NCBI GenBank assembly: GCA_030770535.1
Contig: JASVEC010000003.1
Location: 806,001 to 870,000 of the forward strand
From: Batkoa obscura
Lineage: Eukaryota
DNA length: 64,000 bases
Direction of reading: 5' to 3'
Each line of letters starts with the position of its first letter. The stretch's first letter is position 1. The notes below the pieces were generated by a model. It was given only the letters and a program-made list of their open reading frames with translations. It was not told where the DNA came from and searched no databases. The translations under genes were made by a program, and so were the position numbers. Positions 39,319 through 52,006 of the stretch are shown piece by piece.

Positions 39319-39646
39319 GGGCTGTATAATTTTTAGTCATTTTCATCCTCCCAGAGTTATTTAGTTAAGTTGTGCTTTTTATTCTCAATTAAAAATCAAA
39401 AAAATAAAATTTCAATTATTTTTATTTAAAATATAGATACAAACACAATATATTTTATTTCAATGTAAGCCAAAAGGTTGTTACTTACAATGAGCTGAAA
39501 AGACAATAGCTTAGATATTTTTATGTTTTTTATGCATTAATTAAAAATTGTTGAAATTTTATCTATAAATTTTTAGCTGAGAGTAAAAAGCACAACTCAA
39601 CTAAATAACGCTAGCAGATTGAAAATAACTGAAAATTATGCAATAG
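39319..39646. mobile_element. ~330 bp element with ~78 bp inverted repeats (family B)
   Basis: ttatttagttaagttgtgctttttattctcaattaaaaat (to 39396) versus atttttagctgagagtaaaaagcacaactcaactaaataa (from 39569); a related left end lies at ~35384-35463. Confidence 0.65.
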
Positions 39647-39894
39647 TAAATATAGGGCATATTCTAAAATAAATACTCGACTTATGTATCCCTTTGTTTT
39701 GACATTTTAATTGCTATTCTACTAAATATAACACTTATTACTTTATACTTTTAACAGACCTCAAAGATAATGTAGTATAAAGTATGAGATATATTAGAGT
39801 AAAGTAGCCTATAAACACTATATAAACAAACGAAATACTCAAGAAAAATGATAAAAAAAATAGAGTATCCATCAATTTATTACTATAACTTAAT

Positions 39895-40212
39895 AAGAAA
39901 TTATTGATCCATGCTTTGATTTTAATTGCTGGTATATACGTTTTACATTATAATCCATATCCATCAAGCTATCCTCTATTAACTCACTTCACATCAGTTT
40001 ATACCTCTCCAATTGATTCTACTCTAGCTTATCATTCACCAAACAACAACGTGCTAAGTTAGAAACTACCCGTTTACTGACCATCACTCTTTCCTTATCT
40101 ATCGATTGGCAAACACCCTATTTCTTCTCCACCTATTTGTGATAATCCAATATTACCGTCACCTATTTAGTAACCCTATTCGCCTATTGATAATTCAGTT
40201 GGATATTATTAA
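39895..40212 (+). pseudogene. PPxY-family pseudogene
   Basis: AAG where ATG is expected; KLLIHALILIAGIY..YNPYPSSY; internal stops; family-like tail PYSPIDNSVGYY*. Confidence 0.72.
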
Positions 40213-40907
40213 TAGTTAGTTAAAAATAATTTTAAATTAAACTTTTTTTTTAAATTGGAAAGCAATGATGTTTCAAGTGAGTTTATTGTTTTGAATATGT
40301 AAAATAATGATGATAGTAAAAGATAAATAGATGGTGGATAAGTGCTTAATGAATTATACTCATCTAGATTAGAAAAGCGAATTAGTTTTTGAAAAATACT
40401 AGTTTTCTCTTAAAATATTGTTTATTTAAAAAATGATAGCTTTATAAGGAACAACTGATATTTCAACAGATAATCAATAATGCTTTGGTCTATATTAAAA
40501 TCTATATCAATATTTATACTAAAGTTTATAAAATACTATTTAAAATTATTTTTAGTTATTTTTTAATCCATATCCAAAATGGAAGAGATTTCGAATAAGA
40601 AAATAATAAAGCTAAAGCCAAAAAAGTAGCCAAGATTTATCAACAAAGGAAATAAGTAACGTATTAGCATGGGGCAAATATACTAATATTATGTTCTGTA
40701 TTTAATAGTAAACGTTAACTTTTAATTAAATCCAATGGATAAATTTCAAGCAGTTAAAAACTATACAATTCAGACTACAAAATAGAAAAGAGGAGGTATA
40801 TTCTATTAAGCAATCTATAAATGAAATATAAACAAACTCACTACTTAGGAAATAAAATAAAATAAAATAAAAAATAGTCGATTCATCAACCTATTATTAT
40901 ACTTGAT

Positions 40908-41213
40908 ATGAAGTTCATTATCTTTATTTTGACTTGAATTGCTGCTGGATACACTTCAAATCATAATCAATTTCCACCAACCTATGATCCTCCAACCTGC
41001 GAACCTCCAAAATATAATCTACCAAAACATACTTCACTAAGTAACAAATCTTTTACTATTACCCCGATTTATTAACCATCAATTATTAAATCCCTAATTA
41101 AAAATACAGCTACTTACAAAGCTCCAAAGCCTTCGTCAGCTGTCTATAAAGGTCCAGTAGTTATCCTTCCTATCTACGGTAGCCCAATTGGTACACTTCC
41201 TTCCTATGGATAA
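40908..41213 (+). pseudogene. PPxY-family pseudogene
   Basis: MKFIIFILT* (TGA at codon 10), then IAAGYTSNHNQFPPTYDPP...PPKY; a second stop follows. Confidence 0.78.
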
Positions 41214-41246
41214 AAGTTATTAACAATAATAAATGAATGACCATTT

Positions 41247-41344
41247 GGGGATGTATCTTTATGTTTAAGAATTTTACTAACAACCTTTCCATTCAAATAG
41301 CGCTTAAAAAATGGAAAAAGTGATGAAGCCAAAAAAAACACCCC
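41247..41344 (+). mobile_element. MITE family A
   Basis: GGGGATGT...ACACCCC with ATTT duplicated. Confidence 0.92.
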
Positions 41345-41463
41345 ATTTGTTAAATTTTGCGTAGTATTATTAATGGATTTAAAATATCTTGAAAGTAGTC
41401 AACACCTTGTGCTTTATTTGAGTAAAGATTGGTTTGGTTATTGAAAAGTCAAATCAAAACAAA

Positions 41464-41546
41464 TGATCAGGATGGGATTCGAACCCACGCCTCCGAAGAG
41501 ACCGCGGCCTTAACACGGCGCCTTAGACCAACTCGGCCACCTGATC
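41464..41546 (-). tRNA. tRNA-Leu(AAG)
   Basis: Reverse complement GATCAGGTGGCCGAGTTGGTCTAAGGCGCCGTGTTAAGGCCGCGGTCTCTTCGGAGGCGTGGGTTCGAATCCCATCCTGATCA: 7-bp acceptor stem, anticodon loop TT-AAG-GC, long variable arm, GGTTCGAATCC B-box, downstream T-run. Confidence 0.95.
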
Positions 41547-41826
41547 TCACTCTGTTTATGTAAGAGGTAAGTTTATTATAACCTTTTAACTAGTCGTAGT
41601 TTTTTTATGATATAAAAGTTTATGGTATAGTTCTTTCAAATTTAAATTATTAATCATACTTAGTAATTGTTGTAAATAAAAATAAAAGTATATTATAAAA
41701 AGGAAAGGACTATTGATTTATGTTTAATTTTACATGTTTGTTATATTCAGTTATTTGTTTTGGAACTATTTCAAAATAATATATTATAAATATTTGCAAC
41801 TCAGCTTATTTTTTTAATATTATAAT

Positions 41827-41912
41827 TATTTTATTTTATTTTATTTTATTTTATTTTATTTTATTTTATTTTATTTTATTTTATTTTATTTTATTTTATT
41901 TTATTTTATTTT
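41827..41912. repeat. (TTTTA)n microsatellite
   Basis: Direct reading. Confidence 0.95.
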
Positions 41913-43627
41913 GATAAATAAAGATTCATTATATAAATATTGTTTAAGCTTTAACCAAATATACATATAAATCCTACACATTATATTTTTTATTAAACTG
42001 TAAAAGTATTTACTAATATTCTAATTTTTGTAATAATTTTTAAAATAGGAACAAATAATAAATCAAATTAAAACTTAACTTTGTATTTAAAACAACTGAA
42101 CCATTAATCAATTAACAATATAACAATACACTTGAACTATTAATAGCAGTGTAGTAATAACCAACTACTAGCATACATATGGAGGAACAAAAGTACCTTT
42201 AACTACGAAATATAAATAATTACAAATTTTTAGAATAATGTTAGCTTCAACGCTTTTTGTAAAAACATTATTGTAGTAGTTTTATACTTGCTTTTTTATA
42301 TAATTACTTTAAATACCACTTTATTCCACATAGATAATATATGGATTTATTCAAAAACTGTCACTAATTTCTTGCTATCAATTATAATTAAAAAGGATAT
42401 CTTTATAATATGATATAATTTTGCTGTCTATAAATTAAGTACAAATATTTTCAAAAAAATTGTTGCTTATTTTAAAAAGTGTTAATTCCTTCTTAAGCTT
42501 TCAATACTCCGTATAACACCTCAACTCTATTCTACATGTAATTGGTATTTTAGATTAGCATTTCATCTAGTAATTTGGATTGGCTATTTCGAGTTATAGT
42601 GGCACCAGTTGCTATAATACTCTTAGAATTTTGTAGATTTAATTTTAAATGTGCAGTCAATGTGTTAATATTGGATTAAAAAATTACCTGTTTCTTAAAT
42701 TCAATTTTTTTTGTTAAATTAATATCATATAAAATAAAGATAATAAAATGTATAATGACAATAATACAGTTATTAGATGGCATTATTCAATCTAAAAATA
42801 AACTACTATATTTTCTATATAAAATGCTATATAATTATATTACTGGGTTATTATCTTAATGACCTGGAAACCCAGTATAAATAATAGGTTAATTTTGTTT
42901 TGATTCGGATTACCACATTTAAATCAATAATTCCACTAACAAAACAAAATCATTATAAATTCAACAACCTTTGAGTAACAATTCAATATGCTAATTGTGT
43001 TTTTTTGATCAAATCATTTATTTATTTAAATAAATAGAATTACCATTATAATTTTTCATCACACTAAGGTTAGGTCCAATGATTTGGATTTCAAAGCTTC
43101 CGTATCCCTTATCAATTACCTCCTTAAAGCTACTTTGACTGAAACTCTATCTTTATATAAAGGGAGTGCTAACTTTATCATCTTCTCATTAATCAGCTAT
43201 CTGTTATTTAAATAAACTCCACAAATTAATACTCGAATTTAAAAAAAAGAATTGGCATTTTGCATACATTTGACCAAAAGTTACCGAAGTTACTTAAAGT
43301 GGTAGTTGTTTTTGATTAAAATTCTATTTAAAAAGATTAGTTTAACCGAAGTGAAAAGTATTTTTAAACACATCACTTTCAAATAGAAATATGAATATAA
43401 ATAAAACAAAAATGGTAATCAAGGGTCATAAACCGGTTAGTAAAAATCTTGTTAACTTTTAATATCATTTTTTTTGAATTCCTTAATAAAGAAAAATCCT
43501 TAAGGTGTTTACTAATCAACAGTGGGTTTTAATATCATTTTTTATATTCAATAAGAATAGTATATAAGCTCAATTCTTTCCCAAGTTGCTTTGATTTTTA
43601 TATTTATAACATAAAGTTAACTTCAGA

Positions 43628-44700
43628 ATGGGCATACCATCATATAATTTTAACTATTCCCTCACTGAAGTCTATCCAAGACTTTCTACTATCTCAGCTG
43701 TATTAGCAGCTGTTGTTGTTTTAACAATGATTGCTTTATGTAAGTCCTTTTATTTATTAATACAATATGATATTAATCTTAGGATTCAATAGCTCTTTAT
43801 GATTACAAGTTAGTAAACCGCGTTAGTTTAAGACTACAAACTGTTATTTCAGCAGTTGATATATGGACTCATACTACCGCTTTTTGGTTTATATACTATC
43901 AAGAGAAACCTAGTGGAATGTGTACCTTTATTGCTTGGCAAAGACAGTTTGGTCCTTTAATGTATTTGTTCTTCAATGTCGCTATTGCCGTAAACTTCCA
44001 ACTGGTATTTTTACATGAAAAGGTTGTTACATCAAAGATTGAATTAGCTTATTGGTTTATTCCAGTTATTGCTGGTTTAATTATTACTATTCCTCCTTTA
44101 GCTGTAGGCCTTACCGGATATGGTGATTTTAACAGATGCTTTTTTATTGACGCAGATTTTACAACTCTTAGAGTAGCTGATATGTTAGTTTCTAACATTT
44201 GGTATTTATTAACTTGGTTATACCTTGTGATTGTTGTAGGATTAGTTGTTTTCAAACTCAGAAAAAGTGCTACGCAACTCAAATTTTCTCAAAGGTTTAC
44301 TACTATCACAGATTCTGATGTAGCCCAAAAGACAATTAAAAGTTTAATTCATAGATTATTACTTTATCCAATTGTCGCTATATTATCTACTCTTGGCATC
44401 ATGGCTAGTCAGCTTAATCATCTTAGAACTGAACAAGAAGATTGGGATTTAGAAATCTGGGCTATGAATTTCTTGGCTCTTACTGGTACTTTTAATTTTA
44501 TCGCTTTTTGTTTTGATCCTACTTTCCAAAATGCAATCTACGTTGTTTATTGCCGTATTAGATACGGTAAAGAAGGTGCTAACTTAGTGTCTACTTCTAT
44601 TAACAAAGAGGGTCCAACTGCAGCTTTTGATATAGAGTTAGGCAAGTTAGAATCTACAACCAGCCTTAACCAATATTCTAATGACTATCATTTACTTTAA
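43628..44700 (+). CDS. 7-TM GPCR, Git3/cAMP-receptor-like (one intron, 43740-43792)
   Basis: Seven hydrophobic segments; KLVNRVSLRL after TM1, Cys before TM3 and in ECL2, RLLLYP in TM6, GTFNFIAFCFDP in TM7. Confidence 0.85.
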
Positions 44701-46774
44701 AGCTTTTATTTTTTCGATTTATAGCAAAATTTAATTTGATATTAAATAAACAATCTTTTATAACTATATATTGCTATATAAATATTTTTTATTAAAGCTC
44801 TTTCATAATTTCATATGTAAAATGAGAGTTTCTTTAATCTATCTGATTTTTAATTCCTTTAGATTTACTGAGTAATAAACCACTTTATTAGTACAATATA
44901 ACAATGAATGTCTTTTGTCATAACCATCTTTAAATGCGGTAACTGAATATCAATATGATGCATTATAAGATAATTTATTAATAACTTATCTCATAATTTA
45001 AAAAAGTTGCGTATTCACCAGCATCTACTTTGTATTTTAAGCGTATTAGTCTAGATTATAAGCTATAATATCTCATTCAATACAAGTGTTTTTTTTTATG
45101 ATGTTCACCCAAAGAATAATTTTATTTCAGCAATACAGCTCAATAAGATTATGATATAAATTAAATAAAATCGTATGTTTTCATAATAAATTTTTTTTAA
45201 AAGGGGATGTGAAAACAGTTAAATATTTAATCTTTAATCCACTAAAAGTAAAACTCAATCTAGGATTAGTAATAGGTTGAAGTTCTATTCTCTACTTTTT
45301 GAATGTAAAGAATTACATATTATAATAGTCTACTACTGTTCTTAAGCAAATATATGCTGCATTCACATCTAAAATTTAGTTTAAGCTCAAGTACTAAACA
45401 GACGGAATCCCGTTATAATCTTCAAATATTTCATATTCCACTAAGTATTTAAAGATATAATAATGTGGGCTCTAATTAAACAAATCATGTTTAAGTAGTA
45501 GTAAACTTTACTAATTGGTATTTAATTAAGGTCAAATTTAATGTTTCATAACCTGTTTTATTGACAATGGATGAGTATGTTTCATAGAACAAATAGTCAA
45601 ATATATCCATGCATGCGCAAATTCGAGGGCTTTGGAGATATGGGTGTTCCGCTTTGATTACCTAGGAATAGAAACAAATCTCGGCTATGACAGCCACATG
45701 ACAATATATTCAAGCTATTCGATCTCCTTTTACCTTTTTTAAAACATATATTGAGATTAACAAGTTAAATTACTAGTTTTAATGAGAACGGAAAAGTATT
45801 ATTTTGTAAAATTGGGATTAGAAGAAGGTTTTACACACACATTACCATCATTTTAATTGTCTTTATTGTTACTGAAAACTATTTTTAATAAGTGAGGTAT
45901 CAGCATACTAGTTTACTTTAAAAATAGCTGATGGTCAAAAACTTGATTGTGTATTAGCGTAAGAGCTAATGTTTCTAATGCAGCATTTTGTAATTTAATC
46001 TTAAACCAAAAAATACTATATTTGCTTCAAATGAAAATTAATTTAAATGACTGATTATATTAATATTGCTCCATAGATTTTAAACATTACTTAAACCAAA
46101 AATAATTTATTTAGAAATAAAATATAAAAGTTCTAGCCATTGTAAGGAACCAAGTCTTTGATTTTAAAGCAACAAAATAAATCTTTGAAATTTCCACCTT
46201 TTAATTATTTTCAAGTATTTATTTATAAGTTTAAGGGCTTAAGTATTTATTATTACAAAAATTTTATTATTTGCTAGATTTTAAAGAGTATTTGATTAAG
46301 AAATGTATGTATATTTCAATACTTTCAAGTATAATTCAGACCAAAAGCTACTATATTAACGGATTAAACTACTTCAAGTATAGCAATAAGAATTTAATAT
46401 TAGTATCAACAAAGCCGTGATAATTAGGTTCATTTAGGCAATCCGATTACTTATTTTAAACCTATTTTAAATTAGATCTACTTAAATTATTAAAATAATA
46501 GCTCCAATTTTAAATATTTTAATCACAATAAAATTGTTATTATACAGGTTTGTTTTGGGTTCTATTTTTACTTTAATAATAAAAGTGACATGAAAATAAA
46601 AACGAAAAAATTTAGGCCGTTTTGTTGAATTGATTATCTTATAAGCAATTAAAGTTAAAATTTATATAGTAATTATAATAATGGTCCGGCTTAAATACGA
46701 AAAAGTCAAAAATTATTATCTTTGCTTTTCTTTCTTAATTATATATTTTATCAATATATCTAGTTATCAACAAA

Positions 46775-48032
46775 ATGGATGAATCACCACCTCCAAGTTT
46801 TATGTATTCAGTAACTGTAGTCTACCCAACCCTTTCCAGTGTGTCAGCAGTATTAGCCTCCCTTGTAGTCCTTACTATGATTGTTTTATGTAACTAATTC
46901 CTTAATTAAACCAAATTTTTTTACTCATTATTTAGCATTATACGACTTCAAGTTAGTTAACAGAGTGAGCTTAAGATTGCAAACTGCTGTATCTGCCCTT
47001 GATATTTGGACCCACACAACTGCACTTTGGTTTCCATTGTATAATGAGTCAGCAAGTGCTATGTGCACTTTCATAGCTTGGCAGAGGCAATTTGGCCCCT
47101 TAATTTATCTATTCCTTAATATATCCGTTGCCACTAATCTTTTACTTGTGTTTATTAAAGAAGCCAGAATTACCAAAACGGTAGAAATTGCTTATTGGAT
47201 AGCTCCAATTATCGGTGCTGCTATTATTACCATTCCCCCTTTAGGTTTGTTTAGATTATAATTTCAAAGTATTATCTTACTTATAGTTAAATAGCAATCG
47301 GTCTCACTGGGTTTGGGGATTTTAATAACTGTTACTTTACCCCTCAAGATGAAAAAACTTATCAAATTGCTGATATGTTAGTTTCCAATATGTGGTATCT
47401 TTTGACCTTAGTCTACTGTACTGCAGTCGTAGTTATGGTTGTCTTTAAACTTAGAAAGGATATCGAACAGTTAAAAATTGCTAGAAAGTTTGTATTTGTT
47501 AAAGATACTAAAACTGCGATTAAGAAAGCCAATATGTTTGTAAATAGAATGTAAAAATTTATTTATAATTGTTAAAAGCTATTATTAAAATAGCATTAAT
47601 TAGACTCTTGTATCCTATTGTTGCTATAATATCCGTGTTTGGTGTATCAGTTAGTCAAATCTATATCCTTGTAAATGGGGGCACTAACTTTGGTATCGAT
47701 ATCTGGGCTATGAACGGATTGGCCCTTAGTGGTACTTTGAATTTTATTGCTTTCGTTTGCGACCCTACTTTGCATTCAGCTTTCTACGCTATTTACAAGC
47801 GCTTTATCCTCAAAAGTGCTGCTAATATAGCTGATACTGAATCTGGTAAGTAACTTCATATCAACTAATTATCTTATTTCTAACCATATGTATAGTTGGA
47901 GATTCTGGGACCTATTCTCTTAATGTCCCACCTAAGAAGCTAGACAGTACCTTTCAATTGACAATGGATGATGAGATTACCGTTGCTAATCCTAATGATC
48001 CGGAGTATACCAAAGAAATTGAATATCTCTAA
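46775..48032 (+). CDS. Paralogous 7-TM GPCR (introns 46890-46935, 47245-47294, 47551-47603, 47846-47895)
   Basis: Spliced product aligns with 43628..44700 (CTFIAWQRQFGPL, PPLAIGLTG, RILLYP, GTLNFIAFVCDP); frame is open to TAA 48030-48032. Confidence 0.85.
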
Positions 48033-49698
48033 TCAATATCTTTTAACTTATGTAATAAATGCTTGAATGAGCCTGGTAGCGTCTTAATCAAAACATTGAT
48101 TGTATAATTCAAATTAGTAAATTCTATTTTTAATTTAATTCTATAAAGTTGCGTAAGAATTTATTACTATATTGATACCATACTAAAAAAAGGCTGAAAT
48201 TTTAATTTACCCTTGAGTCTCCTTTTTATTTGATTCTAAATGGAATTTTTAATTTTTACAGCTATTTTAGTTTAAATGTGCAATTTAGGAAAAAACTTTC
48301 GTCTACAATTTGTTGGTTGAATTTTTTTAAAGCCAAAAAATAGGCTTTATTGAAATTTGTATCAGTAATTTTTCTTAAATGAACAGTTAGTTAATACACA
48401 ATCGAATTAGAGTATCTGTATTATCAATGGAGGGAAATTAATTCAACAATATAATCAACATAAGTTTAATTTCAAGAATACAGGACTTTAAAACTTTAAT
48501 ATCTAAAGCAGTAACAAAGTTTTTAAGGAAAGTTTAATAAATGATGTGACCCAAAAGGAGGCTGCATTTAAAAAATATGAGATTACAATATTATAAAAAA
48601 TATCCTTACTCCATTATAAAAGGGGTCTTAAATCTTTAAACAATTATTGTATCTATATTTTTATACAATACATTTTTAGAGTACAGATGAATTATTAAAG
48701 GGTTTATACGGTTTAATTGATAAATTAGTGATGAGCTTTATTGTTTCAGTATCCTTTGCTCTTATTGAGATTGTAAAAACCCCTTTTCCGAATATGATAT
48801 TTGTTAATATTACGATTACAAATTAAAATATCAATTTTAAAACAATTTGTTTTTATAATATTTGTTAATATTATGATAAAAATAAATTTACGTAATATCA
48901 TAAATAACAAATAATAAATTCTAATAAAGCATCGTCAAGAATGCATAATATTTTATTTAATACTACCTCTGTCATAAGATAAGTACCCCTTTTTGTAAAA
49001 GGTCTATATTTTTATAAAAAATAAATAAATGAACAAAGTTTTAATAAACGGACACTCATTTTGCGATGGAAGTTATATTAAGATTTTCTAGTTACAGATG
49101 GTATTACTATGATTGATATTACTATAGTTTTTATAGAAAATTGAGGTTTAAAGGAAACACTTCCTTTATTATAATAGCTTATGATTAGTCTTTGGACTTT
49201 TCAGTTAGTAGAAAAGTTTTGATTTTTCCGGAAGGCTGATTGTTAAAGCAGAACTCCATGATTTAAAAAAGTTTTGTATATTATTATATAAACTACTTAA
49301 CAAGGTTTTTGAAAAAATAATAAAAAAGCATCAAATATCCTCGTAAACATTATTTTTGATTAGTTGTATATCTACTAACTTGAATACAAATAAAGTTACA
49401 AATGTTTTATAGTTTTATATTAAGGTACTTCCTCTTGTAATATCCTTTTTGTTTAGCAAGTGCTTTCATAAAAATGCTATTGTGAAAATATTGATATTGT
49501 TAAAAAACCTATTTTACTAATTATTTATTATTGCTAACTGAACGTCAATCGTAATAATTTTTAAATTTATTTTTGAATTTTACATTTTTATTTGACCTTT
49601 TAAAATTTCGAATTCTTCGAATTAAGCAACTTCAATTTACTATTGTTTTTTAACCAATCTGAATTCAGGGATGATAACAATTTTTAAATATTTTTGAA

Positions 49699-52006
49699 AT
49701 GAATCCAGAGAAAGAGATTCAATACAAAATTCAGGACAGGTCGACGTTTAAAACAGATTTAGAAGTACATTTTGACAAGATTTATATAAATGGGAGCTCA
49801 AAATTTTATATAATAGTAATTAAAATATCATATTAACTATGTAGTTGAATTGAGTTAATATTTAGGAAAGATACATAACACAAACTCAAAGAGAAGATCG
49901 AGGCTTGAAAAATAAAAATAAAACATGGGATCTGAACTATTTATTATTCAACAAGGATGAAATAAAAGACATTGGACGAACTAGCATTAAAACTAAAAAC
50001 TCTAGTAAGTAGAAGTTTTGCAATTTATACCTTTTACTTTAATTACATAGATTTATTCTTGTACGGACTTCAAGAAAACAATGGATTAATTTACAGTAAT
50101 GCAATATCGCCTTATGGATTATTATCTGATGATAGGTATTTTCGTATATTTAGATCCTATTAATTTTTATTAAACCTTGTTAGTGTTTTATATTTGACTA
50201 TACTGACTGACTTCAGAGTAATCTTATACAAATTAGAAACAAACTTTATGTATCAAAAAGAATTATACAAGGTAATTTACTCTTTCGTCTAATTTTTTTA
50301 CTAATTGTCTGAGCAAGGTTTTGGATTTCACTTCTATTATTTATGAATTTTTAAATGATGAGTTTGCTGGTTCGCTTGAAAACGATTTAAACATGCTAAG
50401 ATGCAATGGTAAAAATTTAACTTTATGAATTGTTTAATCTAATCAAATAAGCTTCTGCCTGGTCTAAATTACTTAATGATAGAATGGCTCTTATAGCTTT
50501 AGGATCGAAGAATAGGTATACAACCATTTGGAGGTAAAGCACTATTTTTGTAACCATATAAATTTTTACGTTTTTAAGTGTACTAGATGGTAAACTAACG
50601 TTTTTAAAATTCATCAAAATAAATGAAGATGAAATAACTAATTTATCATTCTCCCCATGGTATAAAGATGGTGAAAAAGGTAATTTGATCATTTGTGTGC
50701 GTATTGATGGTTAAACATTAGTTAGATTGTTGTCATCTTTTAATATGCCATGTGAAAGGATTCGTTAGGATTGATGTTGAAGCTCCCATAATTCCTACTA
50801 AAAAATTGCAGGATATTACATCTGTAAATTACTATCCAAAATCCGAATTGGAATATAAAATTGAAGTAAATCCGCAAGAGTATAATATTGATTACATAAC
50901 CTCATTGAATTGGAGCTTAGAATTTCAACATGACCCAATATTATTACTAGCAAAACTTGGGAAATTATATTTATTTCAGTTTAAGGATAATTTAGAGATC
51001 AACGTTGATGAAGAGAATTTGTTGCCAATTTTAGGTAACGTCTAGCTTTTATTCAATTTTTTTTTAATATAAAAAATTAGGTTTTGAGTTCCTAACTGAA
51101 AATACGTTAAATTATGTGACGTTAAATGGATCTTATCATCAAATTAAATTGGAATATGAGAACAATAGCCCTGTTTCTTTAAGCCCGGTACCTTGTGATA
51201 TTAACTTAATCAGAAATTTTATTGAAGTAAAAGAAGGCCATTTTTTAAGGATTTTTGATATGAAGCTATCTGAAAATCAACAAGCATTGGCTATTTGCTA
51301 TGAGATTAAAAAATTGGGTATTATACACATTATAGATAAAGAAGATAACTATGATATATTAGTTATTAACTTAAACAAAGCTGGCGTTAAAGAGCAATTG
51401 TATTCAAAATTAGAACAATTAGATTCTGGTAACAAAATTAGATTTAAACTTGTATCAAAAATTAATTTTTATATAGATTTGAAAATTGGACCTTTCTATT
51501 CTATATGTGATTTTTTTTGGAACGATAAGCCTGAAATCATAGAGTATGTAAAGGATTATTCTGATAAAGCGTTGCAAAGCAAAAATCAAATCAAAATACT
51601 TCGATTTGGACAATTAATATATTCATTATATAAAATATATAATCAAAATAAAGAAGAAGCAAAATTATGGTATGTCGTGCTAAAACTAATGTACTTAGAG
51701 CACTTAATATCTCAAAAAGGATACATTAATAATCAATTCATAAAAAATATGGAAATAGACACAAATCCTAGTCTATATAGCAAACTTGATTTAAAATCCA
51801 GGTTGGAAAAAGTAAAAAATATGAGCCGAGAAAGCAAATTAGAAAACTGTCCAATATGTAATTCTATAAAATGTCAACATTTATTTTTAAAATGCAAATT
51901 TAGCCTGAAGCCTATAACTAGTAGCAGATATTTTAAATGCGTAATATGTAACTCAGCCTTTTTATCTATGGGAGCCTGTTGGACTTGCGGATCAATGGTT
52001 TCTTAA
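49699..52006 (+). CDS. TFIIIC 90 kDa subunit-like (Sfc9/GTF3C4): WD-like N-terminus plus C-terminal Zn finger; multi-exon
   Basis: ISPYGLL...LTILTDFRVILY and WD-like segments; C-terminal CPIC..C.H.F.KC..SL.PI....KC..C..CWTCG resembles zf-TFIIIC. Exon boundaries only partly resolved. Confidence 0.68.

Noticed and set aside
48961..49077. Possible Stowaway-like MITE starting tactacctctgtc
   Set aside because: The right end matches too weakly to support a call.
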